Source: Chitinophaga pinensis
GTDB lineage: Bacteria; Bacteroidota; Bacteroidia; NS11-12g; UBA955
Length of the DNA stretch: 64,000 nucleotides
Assembly (NCBI GenBank): GCA_945888525.1
Contig: CAMDAF010000006.1
Coordinates: 19,489-83,488 of the forward strand
Direction: 5' to 3'
Shown here: positions 27,092-35,933 of the stretch, piece by piece
Position numbering within the stretch: position 1 is the stretch's first letter
How the letters are laid out: each line of letters begins with the position of its first letter
Position numbers and translations under genes: made by a program
The notes under the pieces: generated by a model
What the model saw: the letters and a program-made list of their open reading frames with translations, nothing else
Database searches by the model: none
What the model was told of the DNA's origin: nothing

Positions 27092-30000
27092 TTATAAAAC
27101 ACTTAATGATTTTACAACTGTACCCTTATCGGTTAGGATAGATATGGTATACATTCCATTGCTAAGACCTTCAATATTCAAGACCGTTTTATTTACAGCA
27201 TCCATATTGAAACGTTTTACTTCACGTCCATTCAAGTCGTACACAACAACCTGTTTGATTAAAGCATCTTCGCAACTCAAGGTAAGATTTTGTTTTGCAG
27301 GGTTAGGATACATTTTTGTTTTTGCGCCTAAAGTAGATTCTAAAATACTATTAGGTGTTTCGTCATCCAAAATCGTAACCGTGTGGATACTGTCAGCTCC
27401 TACTAATGTTCCCCATGAATTGTCTCTAATTACCCAAATAATGGTTTCATTTAATTCAATTTTTGCATCGTCATTGATTTTAGATTTTACAATCAGACTA
27501 GGATTGGTCTGGCTTAAAATAAACAATCGGTTTGGTAAAGATTGGTAGTCATCGTTTCTTGCAGCAGTGCCACCTTTAATAACGATGTTGATTTGTTGGT
27601 TAGAGGTTAAGTTCGCACACTGTAAAACAAATCCTTCAGTTGAGTCTCTGTTTTCTTTTCCAATGGATGTTGCCGTAGAGAAACCGAATGTGGGAACCAC
27701 CAAATTGGTAAAGTCACTGATTCTTCTTGGGAACAGTTGATAGCCTGAATTATACGGACTTGTAGCGTCGTTTTGAGCGCCCAATCCAGCCACATTAAAG
27801 AAACCACTTGGAGCAGCCTTGCCATCAATGTCTGTTTCACTGTCAATAACCACATCAAACGAATCGCTCGATGTTAACACTTTTAAAGTAATTGAAGTAT
27901 TCGCCGCCATTGCAGTGCTTGGCCATTTGGAAGGATTAGATAATTTTACCAAATTGTATTTTACCAAATTGGATTCAGTGGTCTCATTTAAAACACTTAC
28001 AACTTTCGCATTGCGTAAAGTTCTCCCACTGCCCAGTAATATAATGGTATCCAATTGGGTTAATTGAGCCATCCCGTTAACTTGGGCAACACGGCCATAA
28101 ACCTGAACACTATCGCCTTCAGTTACTGTGTAACCTTTGTTTCCACCTGAGCCTTTAAACACTTGTATTCCACCTGTATTATCAATAACCGTGAATGACG
28201 TTCCGTTTGGAGTACCTATAGGACCCATATTGACACCGTACACAACACCACGAATAGCACAGTGAACATTCAAACTATCCAATATAAGGTTAGGCGCTTT
28301 TCCAAAAGTCAGTTTATTGATTTTGTATTCTGGAAGATCGTTGTCTAAAATGCTAATTCTTAAAGTATCTGGTTTGCCAATTTTTGCATTAAATGCAGTT
28401 CTAATAAGAAACACAGCATCTTCTTTTGGTTCGCTAATGTTGTCATCCAAAATTGGCAAGGTGTAAATAAAACTATCCGGGTCTGCTGAGGTAAAGGTTA
28501 TAAATTGGCTGCCAGTGAAAGTGAAATCCGAACCCGCTTTGGCATTCTTAGGGTCTGCAAAAGTTGACAGAACAATATCGCTTTGGTTGCTGTTCCCTCC
28601 CAGCTTATTAATTCTTATTTTTACGCTTCCTACATTCTCTTTAACGGTAAAAGTTTTGGTTGAGAAGCTGTAAATTGGCGCTGCATCATTGTCTGTAATA
28701 ATTAAAGTAAACAACGAATCCTTGCCAATTGTGGCTGGAGCTGTTGGATTGCGCAAAACTAAAATCAAAGTATCGCTTCTGTCTTCTTTAAATAAATCGT
28801 TGACAATGGCTATGTTAAAATCTAAACTATCCACAACCTTACCCCCCGGGAATTGAACGGTGGTATCTTTATTACTTGAGCCCAATTTGAATTCACTAGG
28901 AATAAAGGTACTGTCTGACTTAGATTTAACCAAAACTCTAACATTTGTCGCTGAATTGGAACCTGAGTTGATTTTTAATCTTACTTTCAGAATACCCTTT
29001 GCTTCTGAAACTGTTTCTGTTTTTTTAGCAAATGTTATTACCGGAATATCATTGTCTGTAATATTTATTGAACTGGTGGTTTGGAAACCAATTCTTCCGT
29101 TTATAGGATTGGTCAATCGAATCGCAACATTCTCTGTGGCTTCGCTTGCAAAATCATCGTTAATTTTAACTTGAATGGTGTCTAAAGCTTCTCCATATGG
29201 CTTGAACACCAAAGGATATGATGTTAAAATACTGTAATCTACATTGTTGGTGGCAGTTCCAGCGGCAATAAATGCACTTACTTTACTGGTATCGGCGTTT
29301 CCATATCTTCTTCTAACAACCATATTAACAGTAGCATTTGCTTCTACCAAAGTGCTTAAGTTTGAAACAAACTCAAATTCTGGTTTTAACAATGGGGCAT
29401 AATCACTTTTGATGTTTACTGGTTTAACCGCACCACCTTTTCTGTTTTTGGTTGAATCATTTCCCCAAATTCCATCGGCTTCTGTGTTTGCATAAATAAT
29501 GGTATCGAAAAAGGCATCACGGCTTTCAATTCTGGTAATCCCAGATGATAAGCTATTGGGAATAATACTTCCCCATGAGCCGGCAACGGTATTTACTTTG
29601 TTATTATACCAAGTTTGCATATTAGAATAGGAAATTCCATCGTTCTCAGTATGCGAAATAGTTATAGGTCTGTTAGTTGTTCCATTGATGTTGTCATACA
29701 ACAAAACTATACTCTTTGCCTTCACAAAAGATGAACCATAGATAGCTGTTCCTTTTGATGCGGTTTGCGCCGTCGAAAATTGCAAAACTTCAATTGAATC
29801 GGTTAAATATGCCTTTTCTGTTTGCGGAGAACCTGTTCCAATTTCTTCAAAAACAATTACAGGATAAACAAATTTACCTGCAGCAAAACGGCTATCATTG
29901 GTATAGAAAGCCCCAAACCATCCAGAATATTCGTTTTGAGACAAGGCCAATGATAAGGTATCATGACCACCTGCAGTTGAAATACTAGGATTAGAAATGG

Positions 30001-30304
30001 TGGACCATGATCCATTCTTCTTTAAAACTATTGGCGTTCCTACACCTGTGGTAGTTGAACTAGACGTATCACTTAAAGAAATGAAACGGGCAAAATATTT
30101 ATATCTTGCACCTGGGGTTAATCCGATAATTTTAGCTTGGAACAAAATAGGCAATCTTGTAGAGTCCGCTGCAGAAGAGCCAGTAGATCCACAATATAAA
30201 GGAATTTTCTCACCTTGAACTTGACCGGAAACGGGTTTTTGCGCAAATAAATTTACTGCGGCAAAGCAGCTCATCATTAAAATAGTAGCAATATTTTTTT
30301 TCAT
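27092..30304 (-). CDS. Large secreted Calx-beta domain protein with T9SS C-terminal sorting domain
   Basis: It has a signal peptide, several Calx-beta-like segments (...VSEAKGILKVRLKINSGSNSATNVRVLV...) and the CTD MYPNPAKQNLTLSC...YTISILTDKG. Confidence 0.6.
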   Translation of the reverse strand: MKKNIATILMMSCFAAVNLFAQKPVSGQVQGEKIPLYCGSTGSSAADSTRLPILFQAKIIGLTPGARYKYFARFISLSDTSSSTTTGVGTPIVLKKNGSWSTISNPSISTAGGHDTLSLALSQNEYSGWFGAFYTNDSRFAAGKFVYPVIVFEEIGTGSPQTEKAYLTDSIEVLQFSTAQTASKGTAIYGSSFVKAKSIVLLYDNINGTTNRPITISHTENDGISYSNMQTWYNNKVNTVAGSWGSIIPNSLSSGITRIESRDAFFDTIIYANTEADGIWGNDSTKNRKGGAVKPVNIKSDYAPLLKPEFEFVSNLSTLVEANATVNMVVRRRYGNADTSKVSAFIAAGTATNNVDYSILTSYPLVFKPYGEALDTIQVKINDDFASEATENVAIRLTNPINGRIGFQTTSSINITDNDIPVITFAKKTETVSEAKGILKVRLKINSGSNSATNVRVLVKSKSDSTFIPSEFKLGSSNKDTTVQFPGGKVVDSLDFNIAIVNDLFKEDRSDTLILVLRNPTAPATIGKDSLFTLIITDNDAAPIYSFSTKTFTVKENVGSVKIRINKLGGNSNQSDIVLSTFADPKNAKAGSDFTFTGSQFITFTSADPDSFIYTLPILDDNISEPKEDAVFLIRTAFNAKIGKPDTLRISILDNDLPEYKINKLTFGKAPNLILDSLNVHCAIRGVVYGVNMGPIGTPNGTSFTVIDNTGGIQVFKGSGGNKGYTVTEGDSVQVYGRVAQVNGMAQLTQLDTIILLGSGRTLRNAKVVSVLNETTESNLVKYNLVKLSNPSKWPSTAMAANTSITLKVLTSSDSFDVVIDSETDIDGKAAPSGFFNVAGLGAQNDATSPYNSGYQLFPRRISDFTNLVVPTFGFSTATSIGKENRDSTEGFVLQCANLTSNQQINIVIKGGTAARNDDYQSLPNRLFILSQTNPSLIVKSKINDDAKIELNETIIWVIRDNSWGTLVGADSIHTVTILDDETPNSILESTLGAKTKMYPNPAKQNLTLSCEDALIKQVVVYDLNGREVKRFNMDAVNKTVLNIEGLSNGMYTISILTDKGTVVKSLSVL

Positions 30305-30336
30305 TAGTACGATGCTTTTTTTGCAAATATACTAAA

Positions 30337-31035
30337 TTAATTGATTGCTTGGCATAGAGCAAACACCTGAACTTTCTTAATGCCTATTTCTTTTAACAAG
30401 GTGGCACAAATTTCCAAAGTCGAGCCAGTGGTAATCACATCATCTACCAATGCTACCCTTTGAAAAGGGCAAGACAATTCAGGATTTATTTGATAGGATT
30501 GTACCGAAGAAGCCCAACGGTCAAAACGCTTCTTCCGGGTCTGAGATTCTGCATTTTCTTTCCTTAGAATAAAATGGTCAAGAAAAGGGATTTCGAGCGC
30601 CTTAGCCATACCCCTTGCAATGGCTGCAGCTTGATTAAACCCTCTGGTTTTAAGTTTATCGGGATGCAGAGGCACCGCACAAATGCATTCAGGCAAGTTC
30701 AATAACTTATTGGATTTCAAATCAAGCCCATACAAATACCCCAAATACTCCCCTAAGGCTTCATTGCCCTTATACTTTAAGCTGTGCATCAACTTTTGCA
30801 CCATGCCTTTTTTGACAAAATACAACCAGGCATCCGCAGCATCTATAGGCACTCTTCCCACAAATAGTTTATACACCGAATTATCATCAGTAGAAACAAA
30901 ATTGGTCTTTGGCAACTGCAGCTCGCAGTAGAGACAAAAGTGCTTTTCAGCATGCTGCATCGGCTTGTCGCATGCAGGACAAATGTTTGGATAAAACAAA
31001 TCGATTAAATCTCTCAGAAATAAAAATGCCTTCAT
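30337..31035 (-). CDS. comF: ComF family phosphoribosyltransferase-domain protein
   Basis: The N-terminal zinc finger is CPACDKP...CLYCELQL. The PRTase motif is VALVDDVITTGSTL. Confidence 0.7.
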   Translation of the reverse strand: MKAFLFLRDLIDLFYPNICPACDKPMQHAEKHFCLYCELQLPKTNFVSTDDNSVYKLFVGRVPIDAADAWLYFVKKGMVQKLMHSLKYKGNEALGEYLGYLYGLDLKSNKLLNLPECICAVPLHPDKLKTRGFNQAAAIARGMAKALEIPFLDHFILRKENAESQTRKKRFDRWASSVQSYQINPELSCPFQRVALVDDVITTGSTLEICATLLKEIGIKKVQVFALCQAIN

Positions 31036-31098
31036 AGTTTATGTAAAGTTACAAAAAACTATGAAGGCAAAAAATCGTTTTTTTTACAAAAAAATGAC

Positions 31099-33000
31099 TT
31101 AAGGCATATTGGCCTTTAACTTCATTAAGAAACCAATTTCACTTTCCTTAAGAAATCTCCACTTACCTCTTGGCAAATCTTTCTTTGTAAATATACCCAT
31201 GCTTACGCGGTCAAGTCTCTCAACATCGTAACCCAAATGTTCAAACATTCGTCTTACGACACGGTTTTTACCACTATGGATCTCAATGCCTACATTGCGT
31301 TTGTCTTCGTTGTCAACAAAGGCAACTGCATCAGCATGTACAACGCCATCTTCCAATTCAATACCTTCAACCAATTTATCCAAGTCGGTTCCACTTACTT
31401 TCTTATCCAATACGGCGTGGTAAACTTTCTTAATTTGGAATGATGGATGCGTTAAGGCTTGCGCCACATCTCCATCATTGGTTAGCAACAATACACCTGT
31501 TGTATTTCTGTCCAAACGACCAATTGGGTATACCCTTTGAGGGATTTTATCGGCCAATAAATCCAAAACCGTTTTACGTCCTTTTTCGTCATCTGTGGTC
31601 GTTATAAAATCTTTTGGCTTATTCATTAAAATGTAAACAAATGGCTCGGGTAAAATTTTTCTTCCGTCAAATTTAACCACATCCCCTTTCTTTACGCGGT
31701 GTCCCATTTCTGTCACAACCGTGCCATTGATATTTACCAAACCTTGTTTGATCACATCATCAGCCTCTCTTCTGCTGCAAACACCAGAATTGGCAATATA
31801 TTTATTCAAGCGAATGTCATCGGGACTGTCTTGGGTACCCGTTAATTCCTTCTTTCTATCTGAGTATGATTTTCTAATTTGAACCTGCGGATCGTATTTT
31901 GGTCTGAATGGCTTACTTTCTTCACCCTCTGGTTTAAAAGGTCTTTTTGGTCCTTGATCATCTGCATTTCTGCGGTAGTTGTTGGATTTTCCAGCATAAG
32001 AACTGTCTCGGCTATCGCCTTCTCTCTTTTGATAAGGCGCTTTGCCGTCAGCATTGCGGTCGAAACCAGGCTTTTTATAGCCCCCTTCGCTTGATTCTCT
32101 TTTTTTGTAAGGCGAATATCCACCGCCTTGATCACCTGATTTAGAATAAGCTGACTTTTTATAGCCCCCTTCTTCTGAAGCACCTTCGCGCTTTTTGTAT
32201 GGAGAGTATCCGCCACCATCGTTAGATCCAGGTTTCTTGTATCCACCATCTCGGGCGCTGTCTTCTCTTTTCTTATATGGCGCTCTGCCGTTGCCATCTT
32301 CTGAATTTCTTGGGTAACTTGGTTTCTTAAAATCAGAATCTCCATATCCACCTTCCCGTTTTTTGAACGGAGGTCTGCTTCCACCATCTTCAGATGTTCT
32401 TGGGTAACTTGGCTTTTTGTATCCTGTATCTCCAAACCCTCCTTCTTTCTTTTTGTATGGGGGTCTGCTTCCGCCTTCTTCTGAATTTCTTGGATAGCTT
32501 GGTTTCTTAAAATCAGAATCTCCATATCCACCTTCCCGTTTTTTGAACGGAGGTCTGCTTCCACCATCTTCAGATGTTCTTGGGTAACTTGGTTTTTTGT
32601 ATCCTGTATCTCCAAACCCTCCTTCTTTCTTTTTGTATGGAGGTCTGCTTCCACCTTCTTCAGAATTTCTTGGATAGCTTGGTTTACGGGTATCTGAGTT
32701 AAATCCTCTATCTTCACGGTCGCTGCCATATCCCCTGCCAGCTGGTTTTACTCCTCGGCTATCAGGACTTTTGCGGCCATATGGTTTATTGCCATCGCGA
32801 GGAGGCAAGAAACGGGGCGGTGCTAATTCATTTGAATCGTCATTGGTTCTTGGTTTTTTGAACGAAGAATCTCTTCCTCCAAATTTCGAATTTGAATCTG
32901 AACGGCCGGCAGTTTTTTTATAAGAAGCAGCTGGCTTTCGACCATCTGATTTCTTAAAGGGTCCTGAAGACTTTCCCGAGTTATTTTTACGTAAAGGCAT
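31099..33000 (-). CDS. rluB: RluB-family 23S rRNA pseudouridine synthase with ~390-aa N-terminal K/R/G/Y/P-rich tandem-repeat extension
   Basis: The C-terminal half carries an S4 domain (IRLNKYIANSGVCSRREADDVI) and an RsuA/RluB catalytic core (LDRNTTGVLLLTNDGD). The N-terminal half consists of KKPSYPRNSEEGGSRPPYKKKEGGFGDTGY-type repeats. Confidence 0.75.
   Translation of the reverse strand: MPLRKNNSGKSSGPFKKSDGRKPAASYKKTAGRSDSNSKFGGRDSSFKKPRTNDDSNELAPPRFLPPRDGNKPYGRKSPDSRGVKPAGRGYGSDREDRGFNSDTRKPSYPRNSEEGGSRPPYKKKEGGFGDTGYKKPSYPRTSEDGGSRPPFKKREGGYGDSDFKKPSYPRNSEEGGSRPPYKKKEGGFGDTGYKKPSYPRTSEDGGSRPPFKKREGGYGDSDFKKPSYPRNSEDGNGRAPYKKREDSARDGGYKKPGSNDGGGYSPYKKREGASEEGGYKKSAYSKSGDQGGGYSPYKKRESSEGGYKKPGFDRNADGKAPYQKREGDSRDSSYAGKSNNYRRNADDQGPKRPFKPEGEESKPFRPKYDPQVQIRKSYSDRKKELTGTQDSPDDIRLNKYIANSGVCSRREADDVIKQGLVNINGTVVTEMGHRVKKGDVVKFDGRKILPEPFVYILMNKPKDFITTTDDEKGRKTVLDLLADKIPQRVYPIGRLDRNTTGVLLLTNDGDVAQALTHPSFQIKKVYHAVLDKKVSGTDLDKLVEGIELEDGVVHADAVAFVDNEDKRNVGIEIHSGKNRVVRRMFEHLGYDVERLDRVSMGIFTKKDLPRGKWRFLKESEIGFLMKLKANMP
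31830..32830. repeat. Coding tandem repeats (180-nt unit, two near-identical copies plus degenerate copies) inside the rluB-like 5' half
   Basis: Nucleotides 32290-32470 and 32470-32650 are nearly identical. The purine-rich repeats also keep a second frame open (track ORF 31842-32729). Confidence 0.7.
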
Positions 33001-33169
33001 TGAACTTGCAAAGATAATACTTTATACAACCCTTATAGCAATAATACAACACAAATCTTCATCAATTTCTGTGCTATTCCCGTATATTTAATCCCTTATT
33101 TATCAATCACATCGAAAATACCTGCATTTTTATGAGCATAATCATTCAAGTATTTAAACTTAATTGCAT

Positions 33170-33177
33170 TAACTTTG
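33170..33177 (+). promoter_or_regulatory. -7 promoter element TAACTTTG upstream of the desaturase gene
   Basis: It matches TAnnTTTG 28 nt upstream of ATG 33205. Confidence 0.3.
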
Positions 33178-33204
33178 TATCTTTATAATCAAAATAAATT
33201 ATTC

Positions 33205-34275
33205 ATGATTGTCCCTAAATTTTTAAATCCAACAAACTCGTTCCATGCTGAACTTAGAAAACGCATAAACGACTATTTCGTTGAGATCAAAGCAAAACCA
33301 ACCGGTAATGCTAAATTATACACCAAAGCAATTATCTTAGTTGGTAGTTTCATAGCTGTATACGTCCACTTAATATTCTTCACATCACCTCTACTTGCAA
33401 TCAGCCTTATCGAGTGCATGCTTTTAGGCGCCTTAACTTCGGCAATAGGTTTTAACATCATGCACGATGGCGCGCATGGAAGCTTTAGCCAAAAGAAATG
33501 GCTAAACGAATTGGCTGGCTTATCACTAAACGTTTTAGGTGCCAACGTGTTTATGTGGAAGACCAAACACAATGTGGTTCACCATACCTTTACCAACATA
33601 GAAGGCATGGATGATGACATCAATGCAAAACCTTTCTTGAGATTGTGTGAAACGCAAAAAAAATACAAAATCCACCGTTTCCAGCATATATACTTCTTAA
33701 TGGCTTATTCCTTGTTGTACATCTACTGGATTTTCTTTACCGACTACAAAAAATATTTCTTAAAGCGTGTTGGTGAAATGCCAATCAAAAAAATGACCTT
33801 AACTGAACACTTTACCTTCTGGGGCTTCAAAGCTCTGCACTTGGTACTGTTTGTGATTATTCCAATTGCAATTGTAGGATTCCAAGCTTGGTTGATTGGT
33901 TTCTTAACCTATGGTTTGTTTGCCGGTATCGTTCTTAGTTTGGTGTTCCAATTGGCCCATACGGTTTCTGATACCCACTTCCCTGTGCCAGACGTTCAAA
34001 CCGGAAAGGTTGAAGATGAATGGGCTGTTCACCAATTGAAAACCACTGCAAATTTTGCAACCAAAAGCAAATTCGTCTCTTGGTTTACTGGTGGATTGAA
34101 TTTCCAGATCGAACACCACTTGTTTCCGCATATTTCGCATATCCATTATCCAGCTATGAGCGAGATTGTGAAGGATGTATGCAAAGAATACAACATAACT
34201 TACATCGAATACCCTAAGGTGCGCTTAGCTGTGGCATCTCACGTTGCACACTTAAGAGAAATGGGTAGAAAGTAA
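33205..34275 (+). CDS. Membrane fatty-acid desaturase
   Basis: It has the three histidine boxes HDGAHG, HNVVHH and HHLFPHISHIHY. The track start 33175 is TTG. ATG 33205 is preferred. Confidence 0.8.
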   Translation: MIVPKFLNPTNSFHAELRKRINDYFVEIKAKPTGNAKLYTKAIILVGSFIAVYVHLIFFTSPLLAISLIECMLLGALTSAIGFNIMHDGAHGSFSQKKWLNELAGLSLNVLGANVFMWKTKHNVVHHTFTNIEGMDDDINAKPFLRLCETQKKYKIHRFQHIYFLMAYSLLYIYWIFFTDYKKYFLKRVGEMPIKKMTLTEHFTFWGFKALHLVLFVIIPIAIVGFQAWLIGFLTYGLFAGIVLSLVFQLAHTVSDTHFPVPDVQTGKVEDEWAVHQLKTTANFATKSKFVSWFTGGLNFQIEHHLFPHISHIHYPAMSEIVKDVCKEYNITYIEYPKVRLAVASHVAHLREMGRK

Positions 34276-34421
34276 GCATCAACAAAAAACACATTTATAC
34301 TAAATATAGGCAAGCATCAGTGTTTGCCTATATTTTTTTGCACGGCTATAGACAAGATATATAAAGTAATTGTAAGATTCTATTTTTTAATCAAAAATAA
34401 AGTCTCAATTTTGCACCCATT

Positions 34422-35054
34422 ATGTCAGTATTAGTAGGAAAAAAAGCCCCGCACTTTAGTGCATCAGCTGTAATCAACGGCGAAGAAATCGTAGAAAATT
34501 TCAGTTTAGACCAATACATTGGCAAAAACCATGTTGTATTGTTCTTTTACCCTAAAGACTTTACGTTTGTTTGTCCAACTGAATTGCATGCTTTCCAAGA
34601 AAAACTTGAAGAGTTTGAAAAAAGAGGTGTTAAAGTTGTTGCTTGCAGCACTGACACCGAAGAAAGCCATTACAACTGGTTACAAATGCCAAAAGACAAC
34701 GGTGGAATACAAGGCGTAACCTACACAGTTGTTGCCGACACAACCAAATCTATAGCTACCAACTATGGTGTTTTGTTTGGTAGCTACGACTACAATGAGC
34801 AAGGTGAACTAATTGCTAACGGTCCGATGATTGCTTTCCGTGGTTTGTTCTTAATTGACAAAACAGGTGTTGTTATGCACCAAGTAGTAAACCATCTTCC
34901 ACTTGGCCGCAGCGTTGACGAAACCTTGCGTATGGTTGATGCTTTGCAACACGTAGAAAACCATGGTGAAGTTTGTCCAGCAAACTGGGAAAAAGGCGAC
35001 GATGCAATGAATGCTACCTTCAAAGGTGTTGCTGATTATTTAAGCAAACACTAA
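34422..35054 (+). CDS. ahpC: Peroxiredoxin (AhpC/Tsa family, typical 2-Cys)
   Basis: It has the peroxidatic motif FTFVCPTEL and a resolving Cys in GEVCPANW. Confidence 0.9.
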   Translation: MSVLVGKKAPHFSASAVINGEEIVENFSLDQYIGKNHVVLFFYPKDFTFVCPTELHAFQEKLEEFEKRGVKVVACSTDTEESHYNWLQMPKDNGGIQGVTYTVVADTTKSIATNYGVLFGSYDYNEQGELIANGPMIAFRGLFLIDKTGVVMHQVVNHLPLGRSVDETLRMVDALQHVENHGEVCPANWEKGDDAMNATFKGVADYLSKH

Positions 35055-35077
35055 TTAGATAATTATAAATTACCATT

Positions 35078-35109
35078 AGACCGATCCTAACAGATCGGTC
35101 TTTTTTTTG
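35078..35109 (+). terminator. Rho-independent terminator of ahpC
   Basis: AGACCGATC-CTAACA-GATCGGTCT is a perfect 9-bp stem followed by T8. Confidence 0.75.
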
Positions 35110-35174
35110 CAACTAACTCCACTAACATCCTGTGGCATTGAAAGACCAGAAACAAACACTGAATCTGAAGCAAT

Positions 35175-35300
35175 GAAAAAAGGTCGGCAAAGCTATTGAT
35201 TTTTTCATGGCCTCAAGACCATAAAAAAAGGTCGGCAAACTACTGATTTTTTAATGGTCTCAAGACCATAAAAAAAGGTCGGCAAAGCCGACCTTTCTTA
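35175..35300. repeat. About 2.5 tandem copies of a 47-bp hairpin-containing repeat between ahpC and rplS
   Basis: The unit is AAAAAAAGGTCGGCAAAGCTATTGATTTTTTCATGGCCTCAAGACCAT, with the palindrome ATGGTCTCAAGACCAT. The last partial unit forms GGTCGGC-AAA-GCCGACC, followed by a T-run on the minus strand. Confidence 0.6.
35277..35300 (-). terminator. Probable terminator of rplS
   Basis: The 7-bp GC stem GGTCGGC/GCCGACC is followed on the minus strand by TTTTTTT, 35 nt downstream of the rplS stop. Confidence 0.5.
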
Positions 35301-35333
35301 AACCTATGAAAACTATTAACCTCTCTTTAAGGA

Positions 35334-35675
35334 TTAGCGCTTCTCTGCAATTCTTGCCGCTTTACCACTTAATTGTCTTAAGTAGAAGATTCTTGATCTG
35401 CGGACTTTACCAATTTTGTTCACTTCGATTTTGTCGATGTTGGGTGAATGCAAAGGAAAAATTCTTTCAACACCTACGCCATTAGAAATTTTACGCACTG
35501 TGAAAGTTGCGCTCAATCCTGAATTTCTGCGTTGAATTACATCACCTTGAAACAACTGGATTCTCTCTTTGTTTCCTTCTTTGATTTTGTAATGAACTGT
35601 TACTTTATCTCCTGCTTTAAACGTAGGAAGCTCAGCTTTTAAATATTCTTTTTCTACAAACTTGATTAAATCCAT
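35334..35675 (-). CDS. rplS: 50S ribosomal protein L19
   Basis: The 113-aa protein has the conserved L19 core and a basic C-terminus. Confidence 0.95.
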   Translation of the reverse strand: MDLIKFVEKEYLKAELPTFKAGDKVTVHYKIKEGNKERIQLFQGDVIQRRNSGLSATFTVRKISNGVGVERIFPLHSPNIDKIEVNKIGKVRRSRIFYLRQLSGKAARIAEKR

Positions 35676-35933
35676 GGTGAGTATAAATTTTGGGATTGCA
35701 AAAATAGCTATAAAACTTTAAAATACAAACCTTTTTTATCTTTCTTCATATGAATAAGCCCCTTCTTCCATGTAACCATCTAAAATACAGCTCTATTGTT
35801 CACAAATTCAAATACTTATATTGTATATTTATTATTAAAGTATTTGCAAATAAGCTGTCTAAAAATTCATTTTAAAAAAAACCAGGCTTGAATTTGAGCT
35901 CAAACCTGGTTTTTGAAGGGTTTATTCTAATAT

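Noticed and set aside
27087-27548. 153-aa plus-strand ORF
   Set aside because: It lies antisense within the C-terminal T9SS sorting-domain region of the 1070-aa gene.
31842-32729. 295-aa ORF in an alternate frame inside the rluB-like gene
   Set aside because: It is an open frame created by purine-rich tandem repeats. The frame contiguous with the pseudouridine-synthase catalytic domain is the real one.
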